This document shows positions 34,760 through 45,720 of a stretch of 64,000 nt of DNA, piece by piece. The notes under the pieces were generated by a model that worked only from the letters and a program-made list of their open reading frames with translations, was not told the DNA's origin and made no database searches. The translations under genes were made by a program, and so were the position numbers. The first letter of the stretch is position 1. Every line of letters starts with the position of its first letter. This DNA comes from Felis catus. Lineage: Eukaryota. The stretch is taken from NCBI RefSeq assembly GCF_018350175.1, contig NC_058369.1, positions 14,634,001-14,698,000 on the forward strand. The letters are read 5' to 3'.

Positions 34760-36010
34760 GCGCAGGGTGGGGTCACTGCTGTCCGTGCGAGAGCGTGGAG
34801 GTGACCAAGTCTATCAGAGTTGGACAGCGAGGCAGCCCCAGAAGTTGGGCGGCGGGCTTTGGGCGCGAGCGCTCCCGAAGCGGGCGGGGCATCGGGCCTT
34901 TCTGAGTGGGTCGGAGGACCCTGGCACCCTCGCGGACAAAGGGGGCGGTCAGGGAGGCTGCAGCCGGCCGGGCCTCCCGGCGCCCCCAGGCTAGAGGAGG
35001 AGCTGGGGAACAGGAGAGGAGGGGGGCAAGGGGCGGGCCCGGGCCCCGCAGGCACGTGCCGCGCCCTACCTGGGACCCGCGCCCACCTACCACCGTCAGT
35101 ACCCGCCTCACCTGGGCCGCCCGTCACGCCGCAGTAGGGGCGGCCTCCCCGGGGGTCGGGGCGGGCCCCAGCCCCATAGCCTGGTGACCGCGGCGGGGAG
35201 CGGAGGAGCGTCCGGGTGCGCTGGGCGCGGGCAGCCAAAAGAGCACGGGAGGCGGGGTCCCGCCCCTGCCTTGGCGCAGCGCCCCGCCCTCGCCACCTGG
35301 GGGAGCCCCGCCCCGTCTCTGCCACCTGGGGGAGCCCGGCGGCTGCGGTACGGACAAGGTCTCCCGGAACCTCAGCCCCCCCTCCGCCCCCTCATTTCCT
35401 CCAGGCCTCACGGCCTCTCGGTCGCCCCTCTCCACTTCCGGCGCGGGACCCCCGCCCCCGTCCTCGCGCACCCCACACGCACGCAGTTTCGAGCCTTCCG
35501 GGGGCTGAGTCACTCAAGTCCCGAGAATTACCGCAGTGACCTCGAGCAGCCTGGGCGCAGCTCCGGGTGGTCTCAGGGTCCGCGCCCCCGCCCGGCCACC
35601 CCGCCCGCTCCCTGGCGTCCAATCCGTCGCTGAGTTCCAAGCCACGCCCTGATCCGACTGGGCTCCTACAGCCGGGACCCCCGCCCCGCCTCCGTTTCTT
35701 GAGCGCTCAGCTACCGCGCGCAGCGGCCTCCGGTGCCCCTCGGACCTCTCCGGCCCCAGGTGACCCTCCGGGAGCACTCAAGTTTCTCGAAAATCCCGCC
35801 CCCACGCCCTCCACCCCCGGCAGCGCTGCCCGCTGCCCGGCCCCGGCTTGTGGCGGCCCTGGGCTCCCACAGCCCAGAGCACACAGCCCCATTGTCCCAG
35901 TTATCTGCACTTTGTTATATTTGTTTGATTATGCAGGACCGGATCGGGGACGTGGAGCTCCGGGAGGGCCGGGCCGGTGTGACTCAGCCTGGTGCCCGGG
36001 TTCAGCCCCT
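34760..36010. promoter_or_regulatory. LPAR2 CpG island / promoter
   Basis: CpG-dense with many GC boxes; AP-1 consensus TGAGTCA at 35506-35512 and TGACTCA at 35980-35986. Confidence 0.75.
35112..35250 (-). other. LPAR2: LPAR2 5' non-coding exon 1 (5' boundary approximate)
   Basis: Strong donor CCCAG|GTGAGG at 35112/35111 in the CpG island; a second candidate donor CAG|GTAGGG lies 42 nt further on at 35070. Confidence 0.7.
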
Positions 36011-36160
36011 ACTGCCTGTAGGTGCTCAAGCATGTTTGGGGATGAAAGCGGGCCTTGGTGTCTCTGGTGGGTAAATGGGGCCAAAGGATGCTACCCTCAC
36101 CCATCTCTCCCATCACCCTCCCCTGGCAAAGAAAGACATTCAAGGGTATAAAGAACACAG

Positions 36161-36166
36161 TTTATT
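36161..36166 (-). terminator. GMIP polyadenylation signal AATAAA
   Basis: TTTATT on + strand about 410 nt after the stop, followed on the transcript strand by GU/U-rich sequence. Confidence 0.85.
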
Positions 36167-36572
36167 CTGAGGCCATCATACCCCAGGTACCACGTGGATG
36201 TTGAGTTTGGGCTGCCCACTCCCAAGTGCTGGTCACCTGAGGTCAGCTAAGAAGACAGGCAGAGGTAGGGGAGTGGCCACAACCAAAGTAGCAAAAGGCA
36301 CCCCTGTTCTCGGGGTCAGAGACTAGAGTGGATGTCAAGAATCCCATGACCTATATTGACCCTGAGCATTGACCCTGACTAACCTCTCTGAACCTGAGTG
36401 GCCCTGATGCTTGGCAGTGACCGGTGTCCAGTTGAGGGATCCTGATAGATTGCCTCCAAAAGGGTTTTAGTACCTGAGGCCATGTAGTCTTTCCTTACAG
36501 GAACTCTCCAGACACCCCAGCTGAACAAACACCTTCTGAGTCCTTTCCCCCTTGGTCAGAATGCTGGGATGG

Positions 36573-36946
36573 TCAGAGATGGTCCTCGACTTCCTCAGGT
36601 TGGGAGTCTGGGCAGCAGGTGGCCTTGGGCACAGCCTCGCTGTGTAGCTTGGAGAGTAGCCGGGCTGTCTCTTGGGTGATCTCAAAATGCTTGGGCAGCG
36701 GGGTGCGGCGCAGAGGGCTGCCCTCAGGGGAGGAGGCGGTAGGGCCAGGTCCCCTCCTCCGCAAGCTTCCTCGGGGCACTGATGTCACAAGGGTCTCCTC
36801 GCACAATTTGGAAGCCACCAGGGCCAAGCTGGACAGCTGGTGGGTGACTGGCCGAACGCCGCCCCGGGGATATTTCACTGGCTGGCGGCTGAAGTGACCA
36901 CGGGATTGTGTTCCCAGGAGTGAGTCCTCTGGACCTTGGCTGGACA
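36573..36946 (-). CDS. GMIP: GMIP exon 21 (last coding exon)
   Basis: [25 protein letters not shown]...EDHL*. Confidence 0.94.
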
Positions 36947-39900
36947 CTGTGGGTTGGGGTGGTCAGTGCTGAGCATCCCTAAGTCCTCAGGGTATCTCCT
37001 GGGAGTCATCTCTCAGCTAAGCCACCCCAAGCAAGGATATCCCTATAACTCCTGGGCTCCCCCCTACTTACTCACCTTCCTCTCCTTCCTCTTTGGTGTC
37101 ATCAGCCACTTCTCCGTCGTCACTCTGTGGAACTGGAATCTACAGGAACAAACCGAAGACCAAAACCCCAACAATAAAATTCCAGTTCTTTGAGACTCTT
37201 GGGAAACCTGAGAGTTTGTTCCACATGCAAAAGATCTTTGGCAGTTTGGGTATCTGGGGAGACGATGCCCTTAACAGTGTACTGCTTGTCCCCTCGTGCA
37301 GAGCAATGTTATTAATTTCGACTGGGGGCTCCATGAAGGCAGGAATGCCCTTGCTCAGCAGAGGGCCAGCCCAGGGAGTGACTCAGCCACGTCCACATTA
37401 GGACCAGGGGAACTACCTGTCTCCCTCCTTCTCTGCAACCTTGCACCTGCTTTTCAGTTGATCTGTGTATCCTTCAGTTCATCCTTTAGTTAAATGCTAA
37501 TAGCTGCTGGAGTTCTTTCCACATGTCCCAAGCACTTTCTGAACCATTCCATTTCTCAGAGACCCAGAACTCACTGACTGCTCCTTCGCCAGTTCCGGGC
37601 TGCTTGTCGGGGGGAGGTCCATGTTCTAAGGAATGATATGTGTATCAGGACCCGAGGGACAGGGAAGCCCCCTGTAGGAGTCTCGTCTGTAAATGGTTTT
37701 CACTAACAGTGTCTACCTCTCACAGCCGTGGTGAGGATGATAGGACGCTTATGCAGTGCCCATGCATAGTAGGTGCACGGTCTGCGTGGCATTAAGGGCA
37801 TTAAAGGCATTAAGACCCCTCTTTGGCTTCACTTTCTAGCACCTTCTCCTCAGTAATTCATTACGGCTTGGGGCTGTGCCCTACACACACCAGGAATGTT
37901 CTTACCTTGGGGCATTTGCACCGGCTGCTCTCTTTGGAACACCGTTCCCCAGATTGTTCCCACATTGTTCCAGTCCTTGCTCGAATCCACCTTCTCCATG
38001 GGACCAGCCCACAGAATCCTATTTACTGCTACAAGCTGCCCTCCACCTCTCCTTGGTGCCCCCAGTGTCCCTTACTTTATGCTACCCTTTCTTTTCTCCA
38101 TAGTACTTGTCACCTTGTAATGTCCTGACTTTGTCTCTATCCTATTTTTTTTTTTTTATTGTTGGTCTCTTCCCCACTAGAGTGCAGTCACCAAAAGGAT
38201 GGGGTCTCTCAATAATTTACTCACTGATGTATGTGTAATGCCTGCTACAACAATGCTCGGTACACACTAGGTGTTCAACAAATGTTCTGTTGAAGGAATA
38301 AATGATCACCCTTGTTAGTAACTGCAGAGCTATACCTTGTTGTTCCTCCCTTATTACCCCCCCCGTTCCATTCCTCTCTTTTCCTTCCAGAATGAGCACA
38401 AGGTAAATAAGGAAGGGAGAAAGGGGATGAAAGAGGAAATTTTAAAGGCAAAGGAAGGAAGGGAGACAGGAGAGTGAGACGCTTAAATGCAGAGAAGGCC
38501 TACCCGTCTGTGGGCCCAGTGGGTTCCTACCTCAGGAGGCGTAGCTTCAGGATGCTTCTCCAAGGTACTGTGGGGATCAGGGTCTGGGTTGGGGTCCGAG
38601 GTTAGGACTGAGGGCAGGGGATCTGAGGCAGGGTATGAGGGTGGTGGCTGGGGGTTGATTGTGAGAGCCCCAGGAGCTGGACTGGGGTCTTGGGGTGGAG
38701 GCTCAGTGGCCACGGGGAGGTCGTCCATCCCAAAGATTTGCTCGTAGTTAACAATGAGGAACTCAATGAGCTGAGCCTGGTGCCCAGAGTCTAGTAGGCA
38801 GGTGACAGGGCCAGCACCAGCTGCCCCTGGACCGTCTGGTGGCCGCAGCAGCGTTGGCCCAAACACAATGCCCAGGTTGTTGGCAGACATCTTGTTTTCC
38901 TCAAACTGTGCAGCCACCCTGGGGACAGTATGAGGAAAAGGGTCAGGGCATGGCATGCGTGGTCATTGGTCATCAGGGAGGAGCTGTAGGCCAGGCTAGC
39001 GGCCACTTGCCCAAGTCCTGGGTAAGTGGTCCCGGTCATTGAGACCAGCAGCTACATGCCTAGCAATGGAGATCAGGGGTCAGCACCCAAAGTCTGGAGT
39101 CATCTATTAAGATTCAGAGCTCAGAAAACACATGCAAAGGTCAGAAGCCAGTGGCAGGGGTCAGTCCCAGAGATGAGTAGTCATATGTCCAGGGACAGGG
39201 TCACAGATCCGTGCCTTAGGTCAGAAATCACATTTCAAGGTCAGGGACAGTGCACACCTGAACAGATGGGCCACCAGGTGCCGCAGGGTGCTGTAGTTAG
39301 AGTCAGGCAGCTGCACCAAGAGGGTCTTCAGCGAGCAGATAACCTCAGGGCTGGGGCTGGGGGTCCCAGGGTCGTGCCCAGGGTCTGCATGCAGGGTCTT
39401 AGCCAGAGAGATGAAGGCGTCGTAGAGGTGGAAGGGGACCACGGGGTCAGTGAGCTGAGGGTGGAATGGTGGGAGGGACATGGGTGTGGGTGGGCTGCAG
39501 AGGGTCCTCAGCCTGAGCCCGCCCGGCCCCTACCCCTGAGCCACTGAGTACCCACCTCCTGGAGGAATCGCTTGAGGACGCTCGAGACATCGTGAGGGGA
39601 GTTTCCTGACATGTCCACCAACCCTCGGCCATTCTCGAAAGCCTGGCATAGCCGCTCCACGCGGACCCGGGACCCGCTGATCCGATAAATGCCCTGCAGG
39701 GCAAGGCAGGAAATGGACATCTGGCTTACGATACAGCCATCAAGAGGACCAGGTCACTATTGGGGATGGTCAAGAGTCAAGGCGGCACCTGCACACCCAG
39801 GGCACGCTGTTCTATCTCGGCCGTGCACCTGGTGATCACAAAGGGCACCTCCTCCGGGAAGTCCCTGGGCAGCTGCAGGAAGTCAACTCCAAAGAGGGCA

Positions 39901-42900
39901 GTCCGGGCGGGGAGTCGCTTATGTCCACAGAGGATCAGTAGAGTCTCCAGGCACCGCTTGTGGCAGGTCAGAAAGCACTGAAGGGAAGGTTATAGGGTCA
40001 AGGAGGTCATCAGAGGTCAGCAGGGGAAGAGAAGGTCGTAGGGATCCTCAGGGGCAGGGGGCTCATAGGACATCTTTAGATCAGGGCAGGTCCCAAGGGC
40101 AGAAAGGTCATAGGGATTTCAGGTCAGGTGCCTGGGGTCAGGGAGGTCACTGGGGTCATAACAGGTCACTGGCTCATGGGCCCAGGCCGCACCTCCTCAC
40201 ACTCAATCCCGCTGACCATGAAGGCTTCACACTCGCGGCACTTGGCTGGGCCCCGTAGCCGCCGCAGTCGGTGGGTCTGGGCTGCGCCAGATAGTGTCCA
40301 CTTCCTGAAGGGGCTTCCTGAGCCGTTCTCCAGCCCATCTCCCAGGTCTGTGGGGATACAGGGTCAGGGGTGCCTGGTCCACCCCCTGCCATGCCCCACC
40401 TGCTTCCAGCCTCACCAGGGTCTCGCTCCTCAAAGTCATCTGAGGACTCGGTGCCTGTGGATGACACCTTCACCAACCGCCTTGTGCCGGGGCCTGGAGT
40501 CATAGGGTCACAGAGGTCGGGGGTCACAGGGGTCATTAGGAAGCGCCAGGGCTAAGGAGATATGCCTGGTTTTTAGGCTTTCCAGAACCACCCACAGATG
40601 CCCTTGGGATAACGGTTAGAGATCAGGAGGGAGTTCAAGGCAGAGGTTAGGGGTTGCAGAAATGGGTCAGCGATCTGGGCGGCAGTTCAGAAATTAGCTC
40701 AAGAGAATGAATCAGAGGATATAGGAAATAGGTCAGGAGTGCAGGTAGGTCAGAGGTCAAGTGATAGGTTAGAGACTGAGGGTCAGAGCCTGGCCAGGGT
40801 CTGGAGGGCGGTTAGACGTAGGGAATGGGTTACGGTCAGGTCCCGGCCCCACCTGGGCTGGAAGTGGGAGAGTCCAGGGACCGAGACTCACTGCTACCAC
40901 CCACGCTGTCCACGTCGCTGCTTGGAGTGGGGCCTGGAGTCCCTAGAAGGGAACAGGTCAGTTAGGATGGACCCCTGCCCCAGCACCACTCCTGCCCACC
41001 CCTCACTGAACTCACCCTGGCAGCCTGTGCCTACATCATCCCAAGGGCCTGCCTCGGCCGCGCTCTCATCCAGCCGTGGGGGTAGGGGGCCAGAGAGCTT
41101 CTTTCTTGTGTCCAGAGGGGAGCTGAAAGGAGAAGTGTGAGGGCTCTGATAACCCGGAAACTGCCCTGGGATGAGATCACCTAGGCATTGCATTTAGGAC
41201 CCAAATCCAAGCACTTGGGTCTGCTGCAAGCCTTGACACCAGTGAGCACCCAGTACAGTGACCCTGAAGTTCGGACTCTCCCAGAACTGGGACCCCTCCC
41301 CCAAAATAAGAGCCTCGGTATTAATCCAAGAACTCAAAACCTCATTGAGTTTCCTGACCCTGAGTACTCAGCCTGGTGGCTCCAACAGCCTGAAACTGTG
41401 TCTCTGGATCTCATTCCTGACCCTGCTCCCAGGGGGCCCACCTGTGTGCAGTGGGCACGAACTCCTGGAAGGAGAAGGCAGGCGGCGGGGGTGGTGGGGC
41501 CTCGGGCCGCAGCGCCCTCACGTACTCCTGGTAGCGCTGGCCAGGCTCAAAGGGCTCACAGCACTCAGCCAGGGCAGAGAAGGCACGGGGACCACGCTCT
41601 GCTTGCGCCCCTCGAAGCCCTAACAGTCCCAGGGTCACCTGTGGGGAGCAGACTACAGTGAGAGAGGAGCAGAGCCTGAACTTTAGAGACACCAGCATGG
41701 TCAGGGTTTGGGGACAGCTTAGGGAGGAGGGTGTGATCAGAGCCTGGCCTGGATGGAGTGGGGTAAGGGCAGGGGTGGGGGGTGGGCAGAACTCGAGAGG
41801 CCGAGGTGCCCTCAGGGACTGAGGGTGGAAACTTGTTGTCTAGGGTGGAGTTCTGGCGCCCTGGAGAAGGGTTAGGGGCAGGGGGCCCTCAGCTGGGGGG
41901 CGGCAGTGGGAAAAGGCCTCACCCGCCTCAGCACTTCATCCCCCTGCAGCACCAGCTTGCGCACATGCGACACGATCCGCTGCTTGGCGGCCTCCAGGTC
42001 CTGCTGCCGTGCGTTGGCCTCACGGACACAGGCCTGGTACAGCGCCAAGGCCTCCTGTGCCTGGGGAAACCGAGGCCGGGGCACCGGTGAGATGGAGTGT
42101 GGGGTGGGGCGCACTGAAGTGCTGGGGGGGGGGGCACAGGGCCAGGTCCCCACCTTGGCCTGAGCCTCCTCTCGTGATCGCCGCCGCCGCTCCTGCTGTT
42201 TGCTGGGTCCTGGCGAGGCCTGGGGTGCCGGGTCCTCAGGGGACGCCTGGGAGCGAACCCACAGGTCCTCGCTGCGCTGCAGGTACTGTTGCTGGGCCCT
42301 CCGCAGTGCCTGCACCGCCTCATTCTGGGGTCGTGGGGGGCGGGGACAGGGACAGAAGGGGATAGATCAGCACCGCTTCCTCTCATCCACCAGCCGCACG
42401 CTGGTACCCACCCTGCCAGGCCTCACCATCCGCTTCTGCTCTTTCAGCCACTGCTCCTTAAACTCCTTCCGCCACTTCTCGATCTCAGTTCGTTTGGCTG
42501 CCAGGGGCTGGCAAGGGGGACAGATGGGGGTGCTGCCTCAGGGCCACCCGGTCTTTCTGCTTCCCGCTACCGCGTGCCTTTCATCCTCTGGACCCTTTTC
42601 TGGGTCTGCACGCTCCCCACCCCCTCTCCCTGCAGTGTCCCCACCTCATCCTTGCTAAAGCCTGGCCCCAGAGATGCCAAAGCTCTCTGCCTGTGAACAC
42701 TCGACACTTTTCCCCCCAAGCCCTGCAAACGAGCAAAAGCACAGTTTTGCAATTGTACAGGAAGCCTGGTTTGAATCTCTGCTGGGTGACCTTGGGCAAG
42801 TTCCTCAGCATCCCTGGGCCTGAGCTTCCTCATCAGCAAAACAGCCTGGATGGTAACCTTGCCTTCCTCCTGGGGGAGGTGGGGATGGACTAAGGTGTGC

Positions 42901-45412
42901 GGCCGGGCCCCCTCACCTGGGAGAAATTTCTTTTCTGCTGGGCCACTGTTTCCATGGCCAGGGCTCCCAGGCTGAGGTCATGTTCCAGAAACAGGGTGTA
43001 GATGTACTGCAGTGGCATATGGCTCTGGGGTGGGAGAGTAGGTGTTGGGGGACGCCGAGGATCTAGGGGATCGGGGCGGGGGGATCTGGTCACAGCTACC
43101 TGCTGGTGGATTGCCACCTTGCCAGCCTCGGCGATCTTCATGATGCTTTTGGTAAACTCTAGCTCTGCAGGGGGAGACAGCCGGGGTCTGAGTTAAGCAG
43201 GGTGCGGGCACTGCCTGGGGTCTGGGGCAGGGTAGAAGGGACCCTCACCAAGGCTGGCTCTCTTCTCGGTCCAGGCCAGCAGCTCCTTGGCGTAGCGGCT
43301 CCAGGTCTTGGCATACTCCAGAGCTGCATCCACACCCCCCTTGGTCCGAATGAGCCGCAGGTCCAATTCTTCCCCTGGGGCAGGAGAGTGGACCTCTGAC
43401 CTCTGGCCCCCGAGGCTGCTGTGGAAGCTTTCCCTGAGCCCCAAGGCCAGACCAGTGACCACTATTCTATACCCTGTGGCTTTCCCCAAACACCCTTTTA
43501 TGATCTTGTCCAGGTTGCAATTTTATACTGACTCTCCACCCAGACTGAGGGATCCCTGAGGGCAGGGGCTCAGCTCTGTCGCATACTGTTGTTTCCCTGG
43601 CACGTGGAACAGGCAGTCGGTGACGACTTGCTGAGGGAAGGAGTCCTTTCTGCCCCCACTCCCCTGGCCTCAAAGCCCCCTACCTGTAAGGGGTGCCGGA
43701 CCCTCCAGGGAGAGGCCACTCCAAAGGCCGGTTTCACTGGTCTGAGAGGTAGGGAGACAGCATTCAGGAGCAAGCAGGGCAGGGGCCTCAACCCCCTAGA
43801 GCCCCTCCTCCTGGAGGCCCCCTCCTCCCTGCCTCATTGGCCCCGCCCTTCACCTCAGTGGCTGTGGGGGTCTTGTCAGACTCTGGGTCTCCTGAAAGCA
43901 CGGGGTCTCCAGGCAGCATCTCAAGGGTCCTGGGAGGTAAGGGTGTCAAGATGCCACCCTCCACCCAGTCTGTCCTGCCTAGGGGTGCTGGGGGCCCCCA
44001 GGGCAGTTTGAATGATGGTCCTGGACATTACCTCTGTGACATCTCTTGTACGTGGGAGGTCTGAGTGGTTTGGGGGGAAATTAGGTGACTTTTTGTCATG
44101 GGACTTGAGAGTTTGAAAGGTCCCAGGTAAATCTGGGGTTCATAGGGTGGGATTATAAGGATCTCAAACGTTTTAAGGGGTTACAAGAAGAATACATGGG
44201 GAGGGGTCCTAGGACCATTTTGTGGATTTCCAGTGGATCTGGGGGGTTGGATTTGGGGATTTTTCAGGTGTTTTGGAGGGACCCATTTAAGACTTCTCAG
44301 GTTATTAGGTAAGTGGATCCAGACGTTGTAGGTTCCTAGTGAGGCACCTAAACGATTAGGGATTTGAGGGTGGCCCAGGCTCAGACTCACACGTTCCCCA
44401 GTGAGATCTCGAGGTTGTCCAGGCTCCGGAAGATGTCACTGTACCTCTTCCTGCTCTCTGGAGCTGGGGGTAGCCCTGGGGGAGGGGAGTGTCACACATG
44501 GGCCAATGGAGGCCTCCCTCCACTCTCAGCACTTACACCTAGGGTAGGCCCTTAGCCGGTTTTTTTGAAGGGGTGGGGGGAGGAAGGGGAGGAGACAGAA
44601 AGAGAGTGTTCTGATCCTTGGGGAGGGGGAGGGATGGGGGTGGGTGTCAGAGTCAGGATGGAGGCAGTGTGGCCTGGGGTGAAGCCAGCTCAGGGCAGGC
44701 AGATGGATCAGGCACAACCCAACACAGGGGCAGCTGCTCAGAGGAACAGACACCCACACACACATGGGCCCAGAAGCAAAGCAGCAAAACAGATGCCCCA
44801 GATGCAGCAGCACTGTCCCTGGGGAGAGAGCCAGCTTGACAATGGAACCACATGGACCTCAGGCCAGACAGATGGAAATACACGTGGGAGAGGCCGGCAC
44901 GGAGCCCGTGGCACAAACACATACAGGCAGACTGAAACCAGAGGAACATAAAGACCGTGTGACACTCAACGTGCACAGCAGAGACACAAAGAGAGCCGGA
45001 AATACAAGTCGGACCTTGCCACATTTCTGCCACAGTCCCCCTTCTAAGGGGCCCAGATCAGCAATGGCCCCTCCTCAGTAGGGATCCTGCTGCGTCGCCC
45101 TCCCCCTGCCCCCCATCACAAATATCAGAAGCAGAAGCGGCCACTTCCCCTTCCTGGGCTCCCTCCCCCAGGCATCCGGGGTGAAGACTCCAAAGGGGGA
45201 GGGGGTCAGGGAATGGTGTTCTGGGCCCCTCTAGGCTTGGGGGTCCCCACAATAGAGGATTCCCGTGTCCTTCCCATTCCTGACCCCTTTCCCGGGTCTC
45301 TGGACGGAAAAGGACAGGCGAAGCGCCTCAGTTTAGGAGGTGGGGTACAGTTGGGGGAGGTCTCTCTCGGATCCCATACCCCGGACCGCCTACCCGGCTC
45401 TGCTGCGTCCAT
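36573..45412 (-). CDS. GMIP: GMIP, GEM-interacting protein (F-BAR + C1 + RhoGAP); complete 21-exon CDS, 2904 nt, 967 aa
   Basis: Starts MDAAEPGLPP...[23 protein letters not shown] segment [21 protein letters not shown]1 domain [16 protein letters not shown]...CHKRC; RhoGAP GIYRISG and [16 protein letters not shown]; ends EVEDHL*. All introns are GT-AG and phases are consistent. Confidence 0.97.
37076..37139 (-). CDS. GMIP: GMIP exon 20
   Basis: [21 protein letters not shown]; 64 nt; restores phase into the last exon. Confidence 0.88.
37860..38305 (+). mobile_element. LINE-2 3' relic in GMIP intron 19
   Basis: ggcatttgcac..gctg.tc...taggtgttcaacaaatgtt.tgttgaa.gaataaatga. Confidence 0.6.
38531..38918 (-). 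CDS. GMIP: GMIP exon 19
   Basis: [23 protein letters not shown]...ATPPE; 388 nt. Confidence 0.93.
39258..39454 (-). CDS. GMIP: GMIP exon 18
   Basis: [11 protein letters not shown]...LVAHLF; 197 nt. Confidence 0.94.
39556..39693 (-). CDS. GMIP: GMIP exon 17 (RhoGAP arginine finger)
   Basis: [16 protein letters not shown]...KRFLQE; 138 nt. Confidence 0.95.
39789..39977 (-). CDS. GMIP: GMIP exon 16
   Basis: CFLTCHKRC...LFGVDF...RALGVQ; 189 nt. Confidence 0.94.
40193..40347 (-). CDS. GMIP: GMIP exon 15 (C1 domain start)
   Basis: LGDGLENG...[17 protein letters not shown]...ECEE; 155 nt. Confidence 0.94.
40416..40493 (-). CDS. GMIP: GMIP exon 14
   Basis: [25 protein letters not shown]; 78 nt. 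Confidence 0.92.
40853..40942 (-). CDS. GMIP: GMIP exon 13
   Basis: [29 protein letters not shown]; 90 nt. Confidence 0.92.
41016..41122 (-). CDS. GMIP: GMIP exon 12
   Basis: [11 protein letters not shown]...TGCQ; 107 nt. Confidence 0.9.
41442..41638 (-). CDS. GMIP: GMIP exon 11
   Basis: VTLGLLGL...[11 protein letters not shown]; 197 nt. Confidence 0.92.
41923..42060 (-). CDS. GMIP: GMIP exon 10
   Basis: [11 protein letters not shown]...DEVLRR; 138 nt. Confidence 0.93.
42154..42324 (-). CDS. GMIP: GMIP exon 9
   Basis: [11 protein letters not shown]...EEAQAK; 171 nt. Confidence 0.93.
42427..42507 (-). CDS. GMIP: GMIP exon 8
   Basis: [27 protein letters not shown]; 81 nt. Confidence 0.93.
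42745..42850. mobile_element. MIR relic in GMIP intron 7
   Basis: gctgggtgaccttgggcaagt...gcctgagcttcctcatc.g.aaaa. Confidence 0.65.
42917..43024 (-). CDS. GMIP: GMIP exon 7
   Basis: SHMPLQYIY...RNFSQ; 108 nt. Confidence 0.93.
43100..43164 (-). CDS. GMIP: GMIP exon 6
   Basis: [21 protein letters not shown]; 65 nt. Confidence 0.93.
43249..43374 (-). CDS. GMIP: GMIP exon 5
   Basis: [20 protein letters not shown]...RASL; 126 nt. Confidence 0.95.
43684..43741 (-). CDS. GMIP: GMIP exon 4
   Basis: [19 protein letters not shown]; 58 nt. Confidence 0.88.
43854..43929 (-). CDS. GMIP: GMIP exon 3
   Basis: [12 protein letters not shown]...TATE; 76 nt. Confidence 0.88.
44391..44475 (-). CDS. GMIP: GMIP exon 2
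   Basis: [27 protein letters not shown]; 85 nt. Confidence 0.93.
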
Positions 45413-45720
45413 GACAAGACCAGAGGATTGCTCGGCGGGGGACCCGGTCTGGGATGGGATCTCGCGCTGGCGGGGCTCAGCCCCTATTTCCTGCCCCGGC
45501 CGCCGCCGCCCGGGTTCTGCGTAGCCCCGCCCAGCGGAGGCTACGCCCGCGAGCGAACACGCCCCTGCTCATCAGAGGCTCCGCCCACGACTACACCTCA
45601 GCCGCTCGGCCACGCCCCCGAGGCCCTGGAGTGTGTACTGCGTCCCCTGCGCCCCCTGCCCGAGATGCGGGAGATGTGTGGGGCTAGGGCTGCGCACCCC
45701 ATGATTCCATCCCGGCCAGG
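45380..45720. promoter_or_regulatory. GMIP CpG island / promoter
   Basis: CpG-rich with several GC boxes (CCCGCCC, CACGCCC, TCCGCCC) just upstream of the ATG. Confidence 0.75.
45394..45412 (-). CDS. GMIP: GMIP coding exon 1
   Basis: ATG GAC GCA GCA GAG CCG G|GTAGG; 19 nt. Confidence 0.9.
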
